Source of the DNA: Candidatus Poribacteria bacterium | GTDB taxonomy: Bacteria > Poribacteria > WGA-4E > WGA-3G | Assembly (NCBI GenBank): GCA_965205015.1 | Contig: OZ242029.1 | Location: 3,520,001 to 3,584,000 of the forward strand | Reading direction: 5' to 3' | DNA: 64,000 nucleotides | Shown here: positions 9,250 through 18,263 of the stretch, piece by piece | Position numbering within the stretch: the stretch's first letter is position 1 | How the letters are laid out: each line of letters begins with the position of its first letter | The notes under the pieces: generated by a model | The model's database searches: none | Told to the model about the DNA's origin: nothing | The model's input: the letters and a program-made list of their open reading frames with translations, nothing else | Translations under genes and position numbers: made by a program

Positions 9250-10125
9250 ATGTTTCAAGGCTCTTATGTTGCACTCGTCACACCCTTTAAGGACGATGAA
9301 TCGCTTGACGAAGCGAAACTCAAGGAACTGATTCAATTTCAGCTTGACGGCGGCACACACGGCATCGTCCCGTGTGGCACAACAGGTGAATCCCCTGCGC
9401 TGTCTGAGACTGAACATGACAGGGTCATAGAACTCACCGTCGAAACTGTAAATGGACAGGTGCCGATTATTGCGGGTACCGGGTCCAACTCGACAACACG
9501 CACCTTGCGCGCAACGGAGCATGCCAAAGCCGCGGGGGCGGATGCTGCGCTGATTGTTACCCCCTATTACAACAAGCCGACGCAAGAAGGATTGTATGCC
9601 CACTACATGAAGATCGCCGACACGGTGGACATCCCGATTGTCATCTACAACGTTCCCGGACGTTGCGGTACTGACATCCTTTCACCCACGATTGCTCGAC
9701 TTGCCGAACATCCGAACATCATCGCGCTCAAGGAAGCAACGGGTGAACTCAAACGCGCCAGTGAAGTCGTCGACTTATGCCCTGATGATTTCGTTGTGCT
9801 TTCGGGGGACGATGTGAACACGCTGCCGATACTTGCCGTCGGAGGTAAAGGCGTGATTTCAGTTGTGGCGAACGTCGCGCCCGCGGATGTCGCGGAGATG
9901 TGCAACGCTTTCCACGCCGGGAATCTTGAACTCGCCCGCAAACTCCACTACAAAACGTTGTCACTGGCGGTGGATCTCTTTATTGAGACGAACCCGATTC
10001 CTGCGAAAACAGCGCTCCAACTGATGGGGAAACTCAACGGGAAGCTGCGCTTGCCCCTCGCACCGATGGAGCCTGCGAACCTTGAATCCCTACGCAAAAC
10101 GGTTTCGGAAGCGGGTTTGATTTAG
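9250..10125 (+). CDS. dapA: 4-hydroxy-tetrahydrodipicolinate synthase
   Basis: GTTGES, YNVPGR, Schiff-base K in LKEATG, ETNPIP. Confidence 0.95.
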   Translation: MFQGSYVALVTPFKDDESLDEAKLKELIQFQLDGGTHGIVPCGTTGESPALSETEHDRVIELTVETVNGQVPIIAGTGSNSTTRTLRATEHAKAAGADAALIVTPYYNKPTQEGLYAHYMKIADTVDIPIVIYNVPGRCGTDILSPTIARLAEHPNIIALKEATGELKRASEVVDLCPDDFVVLSGDDVNTLPILAVGGKGVISVVANVAPADVAEMCNAFHAGNLELARKLHYKTLSLAVDLFIETNPIPAKTALQLMGKLNGKLRLPLAPMEPANLESLRKTVSEAGLI

Positions 10126-10134
10126 ATGACTTGA

Positions 10135-10428
10135 TTTTCTGAAATAGACCCGATTGCTCCAAGTGCCTACCTCACAACAGGGTTGGCGAAAAAGGTGCCT
10201 TTGGCAGCTGCCATTGGGACTGAGAAGGCGCGCTCCGAACTCATTGTCGCTGACGTACTGGTTGAACTCCGGGAAAAGTTCAACTACCGCATCAGCTTCT
10301 TCTCAGGCATTGATTTTAGCGTCGATCCTGAAAATGACTTAACGGAGGTTTGCGATTTTTTAGTGAGTCTGTCACAGTGTGACAAAATCCTCGGTATCCT
10401 CTCGAGCAGGGTAAACCAAAAAGCCTGA
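10135..10428 (+). pseudogene. Truncated, internally deleted remnant of a TEKARSE...SGxDFxVD...CDF family protein
   Basis: Frame reads FSEIDPIAPS...TEKARSELIVADVLVEL...FFSGIDFSVDPENDLTEVCDFLVSLSQCDKILGILSS; in-frame stop at 10132 and apparent loss of the central part. Confidence 0.55.
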
Positions 10429-10440
10429 AGAGTGTCCCGT

Positions 10441-11772
10441 TTAGGATTGATATGCTGCTGGCAATAACCTATGCACAGTATCAATCACCAACTGCTCAAC
10501 CCCAGGGGCAAATCGGGTCGGTGGACCGAAATAGAGCATCGCGCTCTCACCTTCATAGCCGCCTTCGGCTAATACTCGCTCCGACGGAATGTAGCACGGG
10601 AACGCGTTCGCATACCCACCTACCCACAGTCGATCGGCATCTAACTCTTTTTTCAAGCGGAGCGAGTAATCGACGACCACCTCGCTTGCCAAGAAAACAA
10701 TGGCGAGTTCCTCACCGAATCTCCACGCCTGTACGGGATAGGAGAGTTCCGTCTGCAACGGCAGCCCTTTCTGCAAACGTTCGAGATGCTTCTGGGCGTG
10801 ATAGGCATCGTGACCCCCTGCCGCTACACGTGCCTCCCACTCTTCACGGGTCGGTAGTGTATCAAACGGCAGATTAACCCTCTCAAATATGCCAGTAGGC
10901 ACACGGGTGAGAGGTTTCGCATCTTTCTTCAAGAGACGTTGAACCTCCTCTGAGAGGGCTTCTCCATGTGCTTTCGCATACGCAAGACGGGTGCTGAAGA
11001 CCTCTTCTTGTCCATCCGGCATTGGCATCATCCGTGATGCAGGATTCGCATCGGCACCACATCCGATGGAGATTAAAGCCGTTACGCCGGGGAGGGCTTC
11101 TTGGAGGGCTTCTTGGGCGAAACCTGCCCAGTCTCCACAGATATGATTATCTGTCCCAGCCAACGTCGTGGTATGGCAGGCGTAACTTGCCCACACGGCG
11201 CGGAGTGTACCGTCCTCACGTGTGATTTGCATACACGGTAAAGAATGGTCTACGGGACCCCCTTCAGTGCGCCTATTTTTTGCGAAATCGAGTGCTCCGA
11301 TGCTCCAACTTAAATGTGATGGCTCGCGATTTGCGAGTGCCTCCAATGCAACGGCTTCCATCCAGTCCTTAAATTGCGCTGTGTACTGGTCTATCGTCTC
11401 CTGATGTGCGGGTGGGATATCCGAACTAAACAGGAAAGGTGCGGCGTTGGTCAGGCAGGGTGCACTGTGTGTATGCGTAAAGCACACCACGAAATGGGCA
11501 CGCGGGATTCCCGTTTTCTCCTTGATTCGGTCGGACACTTCCTCGGTCACTGCATCCGGTAAGCCACAGTTTTCGACCGTTACTAAGACAACGGGTTCAT
11601 CTGCGTCGCTGCCGATAGCGAGCGCCTTCGCCCATATTCGCTGGATGATACCGTCGGATTCTGTGCGACGACTCCCGTAGCCGCTCAGTCGGATCGGATA
11701 ATCTGGCGTAATATCTACTTCAGCAACACCAACTTGAATAAAGTTATTTTCCAGGTTCCTATTGTTTGCCAT
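10441..11772 (-). CDS. Neutral/alkaline ceramidase N-terminal-domain family hydrolase
   Basis: DITP, THTHSAP, YACH, GCGADANP, EGGYE motifs. Confidence 0.85.
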   Translation of the reverse strand: MANNRNLENNFIQVGVAEVDITPDYPIRLSGYGSRRTESDGIIQRIWAKALAIGSDADEPVVLVTVENCGLPDAVTEEVSDRIKEKTGIPRAHFVVCFTHTHSAPCLTNAAPFLFSSDIPPAHQETIDQYTAQFKDWMEAVALEALANREPSHLSWSIGALDFAKNRRTEGGPVDHSLPCMQITREDGTLRAVWASYACHTTTLAGTDNHICGDWAGFAQEALQEALPGVTALISIGCGADANPASRMMPMPDGQEEVFSTRLAYAKAHGEALSEEVQRLLKKDAKPLTRVPTGIFERVNLPFDTLPTREEWEARVAAGGHDAYHAQKHLERLQKGLPLQTELSYPVQAWRFGEELAIVFLASEVVVDYSLRLKKELDADRLWVGGYANAFPCYIPSERVLAEGGYEGESAMLYFGPPTRFAPGVEQLVIDTVHRLLPAAYQS

Positions 11773-12280
11773 TTTCCGTCTCCTCTTCTTCGGTTAAAAG
11801 GTGCATAACATATAACTCGTCAGGATGACATTCTTGGAAATCAGGTGAATGGACGCGCCACAGCGGAACGTCACGTGGCGTGTCATCATACCTGGGATCG
11901 TCGCTGGGGAGTGTATCAACAGGTGTCACTTGCAGGTTTAAATATGCGATGATTGGAATGTCAACGAGCGCAGTGGCGAGTTCATAGGTGTTCATAAGAA
12001 TATCAAACCTGGGTCGCGTCCCGCTGCTCTCAATGCCAATTGACAACAAGAGTAAATGGTCGGCAAAATGCCAACTCGTTTCCCACGTCTCTCCCGTAAA
12101 CGTTCCTGGGCCGAGTGGATCCTCTAATTCAAGCGGCATGGGACGTAAGCCTTCTTCAGCCATACGTAAAGCCGTCTCGACTGATTCGAGAATACGTGGT
12201 ATAGGATCAGACCCTTGACGAGGTTTGCTGTACCGTTTCTTCTTCATGTGACGAGGTTTGCGGTGCTGTTTCTTCTTCAT
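11759..12280 (-). CDS. Hypothetical protein with basic N-terminal repeat
   Basis: 173-aa ORF, GGAGG RBS, overlaps the next gene; duplicated MKKKxxxKPR at N-terminus. Confidence 0.65.
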   Translation of the reverse strand: MKKKQHRKPRHMKKKRYSKPRQGSDPIPRILESVETALRMAEEGLRPMPLELEDPLGPGTFTGETWETSWHFADHLLLLSIGIESSGTRPRFDILMNTYELATALVDIPIIAYLNLQVTPVDTLPSDDPRYDDTPRDVPLWRVHSPDFQECHPDELYVMHLLTEEEETENGKQ

Positions 12281-12306
12281 TTGTGTGCCTCCGAATGCGT
12301 CTTAAC

Positions 12307-13470
12307 TTACAAGCGTAGTGTGAGTCCCAAAAGGTGATGTGCCTCTCGGGTGGGTGGCGGAGTTAAGGGACGGCTTAAGGTGTATTCTGCAGAGAGGGTC
12401 CCAAGCATAAAGGCAATGCCGATAGTGAAATGTGTTGGTGTTTCAATACGCCGCAACCCCATACGGAGGGCTGCGGAATGATCACTTTTCCATGCTTTGT
12501 AGAATTCCGTGCCGACCGCGTAACCTATCGGGAGCTGCTCTACCGCATGCAACAAGTCTGCTGCGATTGTCAATCCTTCCAAAGGTTCATAAGCCACACC
12601 GATACCGACTCGGAAAGGGTGAGGCTCCACCAAGTCTGCACGCAGAAGATTTTCAAAAAGGACACCTACCAACAGCGGTGGGTGCGTCTGTTCTGGATCA
12701 AACCATATCGAACGTTGAAACCCGATGTCGAGTTCTAATCGGTTGACTGTTCTTTCAAGTGTCGGTTGGCGTTCATGGGCGATGTCTCGGACTCTGTCCC
12801 CGAATTGCAATTCTTCAACGATTGCTGCAATCAGTGCTTCAGGAGCATCTACATCTACTTCGGGTCCGTGGCGTGCTTCCAAATTTAAAGTCGATATCGC
12901 TGTTCCTCGATTTACAACCTGCTTTAACAATCTAAGACGCAGCCCCGCTGCTGATTTTCCGAGTTCGCGGCTGAATCCTATGACCCAACTCCTTTCTTGA
13001 AGTAGGTTGTAGCGTGTGAACAGATCCGTTGTAGCGGAAAATTGACGCGAGTTTCGACGATATTCAGCATGGGTGCTTTCAAGTGTGAAGTCAGCAAAAT
13101 TTGTAAATCTTGCAGCGTATCCAACACTCGCACCCCATTTACCAAATGCGTGTGAATAATAGAATGCTGGCGAAATATCGATAGTGGCTTCAGCAGCAAA
13201 TTGCACAGTGCCGTGTTTCGGTAGTGCTGCCCAGTGGATGTTTTCAGCGTCAGCCCCGAACGCGAGATTGTGGTGTTTTACACCCACGAGCGATGCTGGA
13301 TTCCCAAATATGCCAGCATCCTCAGCAGACGTTGCGATACGAGTGCTGCCCATCCCAGCAATGCGAAGCATCTCATTTGCCGTGCTGAGAGAGGGTATAA
13401 CAGTGGTTAAGATACAAAGTGCTAAGATAGTGCTGAAGTCGTGCCTCGATACTCTATTGTGAATCCACAC
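12307..13470 (-). CDS. Outer-membrane beta-barrel protein (PorV/FadL/TraF-like)
   Basis: Signal peptide, GMG...GNPASL motif, amphipathic strands, C-terminal LGLTLRL. Confidence 0.6.
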   Translation of the reverse strand: MWIHNRVSRHDFSTILALCILTTVIPSLSTANEMLRIAGMGSTRIATSAEDAGIFGNPASLVGVKHHNLAFGADAENIHWAALPKHGTVQFAAEATIDISPAFYYSHAFGKWGASVGYAARFTNFADFTLESTHAEYRRNSRQFSATTDLFTRYNLLQERSWVIGFSRELGKSAAGLRLRLLKQVVNRGTAISTLNLEARHGPEVDVDAPEALIAAIVEELQFGDRVRDIAHERQPTLERTVNRLELDIGFQRSIWFDPEQTHPPLLVGVLFENLLRADLVEPHPFRVGIGVAYEPLEGLTIAADLLHAVEQLPIGYAVGTEFYKAWKSDHSAALRMGLRRIETPTHFTIGIAFMLGTLSAEYTLSRPLTPPPTREAHHLLGLTLRL

Positions 13471-14377
13471 TCATCACCTCAGCGAAAATATCCTCTAAAG
13501 TATGTTTCACCCCACGGAGTTGGCGAAGTTGGACCCCTGTATCGTGCGCGAGTTTGAAGAAGAATGTCGTTTCTGTCTGCTCCTGACGGACGGACATAAC
13601 CCGCAGGCGTTTATCGGGGTGCAGTTCAACCTGAAAGTTGTGCTGTTCCAAAGCGGTGATATAAGCCTCACTGTCACCCACAATCTTCAGATCGAAAGAG
13701 TGTCCTTTATTCTCTTTAAGTGACGCTATCTGTCCGTGGATAGCAACGCTCCCGTGTGATAAGGCAATTATCTCTTGACATGCGAACTCCACATCAGGGA
13801 GCAGGTGCGAGGATAAGATGACGTTGAGGTTTTTGTCGGTGGCTATATCTTTGACGAGTTCGAGCATCTCTTCTCTACCGCTTGTATCCATCCCATTTGT
13901 TGGTTCGTCGAGAAGTAAGAGTTTCGGGTCATGTACCAGTGCCTGTGCCAGTTTTACGCGCTGTTTCATACCTGCGGAGTATCCGTCCACGGTGCGATAC
14001 CGTTCTTCATCTAAACCGACGTAATAGAGTACCTCGTGTGCGCGTTGCAGCGCATCGCGTCTCGGCATTCCACAGAGTTCCCCGGCATAAGAGACGAGTT
14101 GGACAGCGGTCATACCCGGTATTAAGCATTCATCTTCCGGCATATACCCAACCTGTTTCCGAATTTCCAATGGATTCGCCTGTACATCCAATCCAAATAC
14201 AGTCGCTGTGCCTTCGTTGGGTTTGAGGAAGCCGAGGAGCGTTTTTATTAAGGTACTTTTCCCTGCACCATTCGGTCCAAGTAAACCGACGGCACCGCCT
14301 TCTACTTGCAGTGAAAGGTTGTCCAATGCGGTCGTCGTGCCAAATAAAAGTGAGACATTTTTTGCTTCAATCAACAT
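13454..14377 (-). CDS. ABC transporter ATP-binding protein
   Basis: GPNGAGKST, YSAGMKQR, LLLLDEP, SSH. Confidence 0.92.
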   Translation of the reverse strand: MLIEAKNVSLLFGTTTALDNLSLQVEGGAVGLLGPNGAGKSTLIKTLLGFLKPNEGTATVFGLDVQANPLEIRKQVGYMPEDECLIPGMTAVQLVSYAGELCGMPRRDALQRAHEVLYYVGLDEERYRTVDGYSAGMKQRVKLAQALVHDPKLLLLDEPTNGMDTSGREEMLELVKDIATDKNLNVILSSHLLPDVEFACQEIIALSHGSVAIHGQIASLKENKGHSFDLKIVGDSEAYITALEQHNFQVELHPDKRLRVMSVRQEQTETTFFFKLAHDTGVQLRQLRGVKHTLEDIFAEVMSVDSQ

Positions 14378-14422
14378 TTTTTAAGGTATGGGCCTCCGCA
14401 CAGATTGCCTTAATGGGATTAT

Positions 14423-14508
14423 TGTAGGGGCAGGTCTCGTGCCTGCCCGCGTATTTTGTAATTCTGTTTGAAGAAACGATTGTAGGGGCGGGTCTCGTGC
14501 CTGCCCGT
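14423..14508 (+). repeat. Two GTAG-type REP-like hairpins
   Basis: TGTAGGGGCAGGTCTCGTGCCTGCCCG at 14423 and TGTAGGGGCGGGTCTCGTGCCTGCCCG at 14481; same family as 707-761. Confidence 0.8.
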
Positions 14509-14532
14509 GTGTTAACGATTACAAGTAATGGA

Positions 14533-15612
14533 TTAAAAGGTCCGACCTACACGCGGACCTATTTGCGTTAAGATTTCATAAGGAATGGTTCCAGCGCGCT
14601 GAGCAATCTCATCAACCGTAATTTCGGCGTTTCCCTGTTTCCCGATCAGCACGACTTCATCACCAATGGATACCTTATCTGTCGGTTCCAATTGCACTAC
14701 GCTCACATCCATACAGACCTTGCCGATAATCGGGCGACGCATCCCACCAATCAATACCTCGCCGATACCAGAAAGCGAGCGCGGATAGCCGTCCCCGTAA
14801 CCTATCTGCACCATTGCGACTCGGGTTTGATAAAGTGCTTTGTATGTCAACCCGTAACTTACACCTTCCCCTTCTGAAATAGAACCTGTCCAACCGATAC
14901 GCGCCTTCCATGTAAGTGCCGGTTTTAATGGGATAGGTCTTTCAGTCGCCGGGTAGATACCGTATAGACTCAAACCGGGGCGGACGGCGTTGAAATGGGA
15001 TTCAGGAACCGCCAGCGATGCTGCGCTGTTCGCTACATGCACCATTTTCCCGTTGGTGTCCGAAAGTAGAGATGAAAACCGCTTTAACTGAACAGAAACG
15101 AAACTTTTATCTGCTTCGTCCGCAGTGGCAAGATGTGTAAAAATCCCTTCAACTTCAAGTCCCTGTAGGGTCTGCAATTTACGCAGAAACTGTGGGGCTT
15201 CTGTATAGCACACACCACTCCGATTCATTCCGGTGTTGATATTGACGTGAACTTTTATAGGTGTAGTTTCTGAAGCGACTTCATTCAATACCGTCGCAAA
15301 TTCCCAGTTCCCGAGCGTTGGTGTCAAACTGAATTCAACAATTTGTTCAACCTGCTTAGGGAGGCAACTAAAGAGGATAAGAATCGGTGTGCGAATACCC
15401 GCTTGACGCAGCGCAATACCTTCTTCAACCGTTGCGACTGCAAACATATCGGTGATGGGACGCAGTATTTCTGCTACAGGTGCTGCGCCGTGACCATAAG
15501 CATCTGCTTTCACAACAGCGATCAACTGTTTACCCGTGTGTCTCTTTATCGCTTCAGCATTTTGGCGAATTGCCAGCAGATCGATTTCTGTGTGTGTTCG
15601 GAAATAAGACAT
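14533..15612 (-). CDS. alr: Alanine racemase
   Basis: AVVKADAYGHG PLP lysine motif, TGMNR, GYGDG, CMD. Confidence 0.95.
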   Translation of the reverse strand: MSYFRTHTEIDLLAIRQNAEAIKRHTGKQLIAVVKADAYGHGAAPVAEILRPITDMFAVATVEEGIALRQAGIRTPILILFSCLPKQVEQIVEFSLTPTLGNWEFATVLNEVASETTPIKVHVNINTGMNRSGVCYTEAPQFLRKLQTLQGLEVEGIFTHLATADEADKSFVSVQLKRFSSLLSDTNGKMVHVANSAASLAVPESHFNAVRPGLSLYGIYPATERPIPLKPALTWKARIGWTGSISEGEGVSYGLTYKALYQTRVAMVQIGYGDGYPRSLSGIGEVLIGGMRRPIIGKVCMDVSVVQLEPTDKVSIGDEVVLIGKQGNAEITVDEIAQRAGTIPYEILTQIGPRVGRTF

Positions 15613-15712
15613 CTCGTTTTTTTTACCTTGCTGCGTCAACACGAAAATTATATCACAATTTACACAAATTTACGAATGGTTTCAAATCTTTGCCAGAGAC
15701 ATTCACTGCTCC

Positions 15713-15827
15713 TGTAGGAGGGGAGGAAATCCGCAGAAATCCGCAGAAATACCCTATCAAAAACCCCAAGCAAATACCCCTATCAATACGCAGAAATACC
15801 CAAGCAAAAACACCCCGATTCCCGACT
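15713..15827 (+). repeat. REP-like hairpin whose loop is filled with A/C-rich modular repeats
   Basis: TGTAGGAGGGG...CCCCGATTCCCGACT flanks (compare empty copy at 16731) enclose CCGCAGAAAT x2, ACCCTATCAA, ACCCCAAGCAAAT and related units. Confidence 0.75.
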
Positions 15828-15853
15828 CTTCTGAATCTTTACCAATAACCGTG

Positions 15854-16619
15854 CTATTGTGCCTCTCGTTTTTGGGTAGCGGTAGCATCCCCTTGGAACC
15901 ACAAGAATAACAGGATAAATACGATTGAGTTCGCCAACAGCATCGTTGAGATAGCGTTGATCTTCGGCGTAATCCCGAATTTCAGCAGCGAATAGATGTG
16001 CACAGACAGCGTCGTATAACCCACACCAGCGGTAAAGAATGTGATAACAAAGTCATCAATAGAGAGCGTAAAGGCGAGCAGCGCACCGCCGATAATTCCG
16101 GGAGCAATGAGAGGGAGTGTTATCCGCCAAAAGGTCTGCCATTCGTTCGCGCCGAGGTCGCGGGCGGCTTCTTCTAAGGTGTTATCATAGCCTTGCAGGC
16201 GTGCCCGTACAACGATCGTAACATAGGCGATGTTGAAAACACCATGTGCGATGATTACAGTGATTAATCCCAGGGGGAGGTTGACTTGCACGTAAAAGGT
16301 TAACAAGGCGATCGCCAAGACGATGTCTGGGATAATAATCGGCAGATAGAGCACTCGGACAAGAGCGGTTCGGAAACGGAAGCGGTGTCGTTCTATGGCA
16401 AGTGCCGCTGCTGTCCCGATAACGGTAGCGATAACAGTCGCAATACCTGCTACCATCAAACTATTACGACAGGCGCGCCACAACGCGGCATCCTCAAACA
16501 GTCTCGCATACCAACCAAATGTAAAGCCTTCCCAAACAGAGATTTGCTCTCCCTTGTTGAATGAGAACACCACAACCGCTAAAATTGGCATATATAAGAA
16601 GAGGTAAACCAACCCCATG
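15854..16619 (-). CDS. potC: Polyamine ABC transporter permease (PotC-like); start uncertain because of an insertion
   Basis: LFLYMPI, EAARDLGA, LSIDDF; frame open to 16819 through the inserted element. Confidence 0.8.
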
Positions 16620-16633
16620 TTGGCTTCAAGAAT

Positions 16634-16828
16634 TTTTAATTTTACCTTGCGGGAGAACAACGTGAATTTGGACATTTGACGTGCCTTCCGTAAATCCGCC
16701 TGCGCCGTTGTTGCAGGCTCCGTTTTTGGTTGTAGGAGGGAACTCCGATTCCCGACTTCCATTCGCGCCTTGACCGAAAATCTGTGCGTAATGAAATGGC
16801 GCACAGCCCAAGATCCCATAAATTAAAA
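16634..16828. mobile_element. MITE-like 195-bp element
   Basis: 9-bp terminal inverted repeats TTTTAATTT/AAATTAAAA flanked by AT direct repeats; internal REP and hairpins; related partial copy at 39604. Confidence 0.6.
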
Positions 16829-17677
16829 ATCTTCATTCTGTTGCAAAGCGCGAAAGTATAACACGGTTCCGATCAGGACGATGCCCATCAGCATGAACGA
16901 GAGTGCCGAGCCGAAGGGCCAATCTCGCGCCGTTTTGAATTGCCGCTCGATAACGTTACCGATATAACTCACTTTTCCACCGCCGAGGAGATCCGGCGTT
17001 AGAAACGCACCTACCGTCGGAATAAAGACCAGCATTGATCCAGCAAGGATACCGGGGAGACTGAGTGGGACGGTTACGTGCCAGAATGCGCGCCTCGGCG
17101 ACGCCCCTAAGTCTTGTGCGGCTTCTAACAGTGATACATCTAATTGCTCCAAAGCTGCATAGAGTGGGAGTATCATAAAGGGTAGGTATCCGTAAACGAG
17201 TCCGATCTGCACAGCGAGTGGCGTATTCAGCAGTTCTAATGGACTCCAATTCGGAAGGACTGCCCCCAAGAGACTGTTCAGGAGTCCTTCTGTCCGCAAG
17301 ATCAGTATCCACGCGTAGGTCCGGATAAGGAAGTTCGTCCAAAATGGAACGACCACGAGTAATAACAAAACATTTCTATGTTTCGGTCTGTAGCGTGCCA
17401 GATAATAAGCGAAGGGATAACCGAGCAGTAGACAGATGGCGGTGCAAATCAGCGCTGTCGATACCGAACGCCAGAGGATCCCGAGATAGAGGCCATCGAA
17501 CAGGCGTTGATAGTTTTCCCATGTGAAGTGCCACCGCACCCCGCCGTATGTTCCACGCTCTATGAAACTATAAATGAATACTGATACAAGTGGAAGCAGA
17601 AAAAAGCAGACGAGCCAAAAGACAACGGGAAAAAGGAGGATAAGAAGGTGGTAGTTACGCCGTATATATGTAATCAT
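16823..17677 (-). CDS. potB: Polyamine ABC transporter permease (PotB-like)
   Basis: PFWTNFLIRTYAW, YLPFMILPLY, EAAQDLGA, RDWPFGSA. Confidence 0.88.
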   Translation of the reverse strand: MITYIRRNYHLLILLFPVVFWLVCFFLLPLVSVFIYSFIERGTYGGVRWHFTWENYQRLFDGLYLGILWRSVSTALICTAICLLLGYPFAYYLARYRPKHRNVLLLLVVVPFWTNFLIRTYAWILILRTEGLLNSLLGAVLPNWSPLELLNTPLAVQIGLVYGYLPFMILPLYAALEQLDVSLLEAAQDLGASPRRAFWHVTVPLSLPGILAGSMLVFIPTVGAFLTPDLLGGGKVSYIGNVIERQFKTARDWPFGSALSFMLMGIVLIGTVLYFRALQQNEDF

Positions 17678-17736
17678 ATCTCTGTCTCCATGTTAACCCT
17701 ATTATACACAGTTTCATAAGGAAATACAAGGCAATG

Positions 17737-17823
17737 TGAATCACAGAGTAGCGTGGATTTATAGGGAACCCTCTTAAAATCCGCGTAATCCGTCTCATCG
17801 GCGATAATCCGCGATTCAGACAA
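17737..17823. repeat. Imperfect inverted repeat with iterated AATCCG units
   Basis: GTGAATCAC...GCGTGGATTT ... AAATCCGCGTAATCCG...TAATCCGCGATTCAGACAA. Confidence 0.45.
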
Positions 17824-17886
17824 GCAATCCCTCCCGATTTATGTTTGATTGCAAACACAAAATAGGATAAACTGATATTTCAGAGG

Positions 17887-17913
17887 ATCGCGAGCGCAGC
17901 TCGCTCCTACAAG
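17887..17913 (-). repeat. GTAG-type REP-like hairpin (empty loop)
   Basis: ATCGCGAGC-GCA-GCTCGC-TCCTACAAG; filled sibling at 42318. Confidence 0.75.
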
Positions 17914-17999
17914 TAAAGAGGGTGATTTCCTAAGCACAAACGTTCAATCCAACCTACGGAGAATAAATTCAAAAAAACACAATCAAAAGGAGACAGACG

Positions 18000-18263
18000 T
18001 TGGAAAAGATTCGTGAACTGGTTTCTCTGTTAGAATCCGGGATTGAGGACTACGACGCTCAGATGAAGGTCCTGCAGACGGAACGGTTAAAATATATTCG
18101 ACTCTCTATTACAGATGGGTTTGGCACAGAGGAAGGTGATTCTAAGGAGTCGTGGCTGCTACACCTCAAGCAGCTGGAGGATTCCCTCAGACTCCGCCAG
18201 AACAGTATTCGACAGGCAATTCGGGAAGCCGCAGAAGATATTCAGAAAGAGGAAAATGCATGA
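18000..18263 (+). CDS. Small helical hypothetical protein
   Basis: TTG start after AGGAG; ATGA overlap with the next gene. Confidence 0.7.
   Translation: MEKIRELVSLLESGIEDYDAQMKVLQTERLKYIRLSITDGFGTEEGDSKESWLLHLKQLEDSLRLRQNSIRQAIREAAEDIQKEENA

Noticed and set aside
8462-9274. 270-aa antisense ORF
   Set aside because: Shadow of dapF with no motifs.
10126-10134. ATG-ACT-TGA as a second selenocysteine readthrough
   Set aside because: Not at a Cys-motif position, no SECIS-like hairpin noted, and the gene is otherwise degraded.
15721-15830. CRISPR array
   Set aside because: Units are 10-14 nt, contiguous and lack unique spacers; no cas genes in the window.
15480-15848. 122-aa ORF with RRNPQK/RRNTQAK repeats
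   Set aside because: Antisense to alr and merely translates the A/C-rich repeat insert.
16642-16836. 64-aa ORF as an independent gene
   Set aside because: Best explained as the original potC start running out of frame into the inserted element.
18152-18259. Upstream extension of the TPR/ASPIC ORF
   Set aside because: Overlaps the 87-aa gene; the ATG at 18260 gives a signal peptide and an ATGA coupling.
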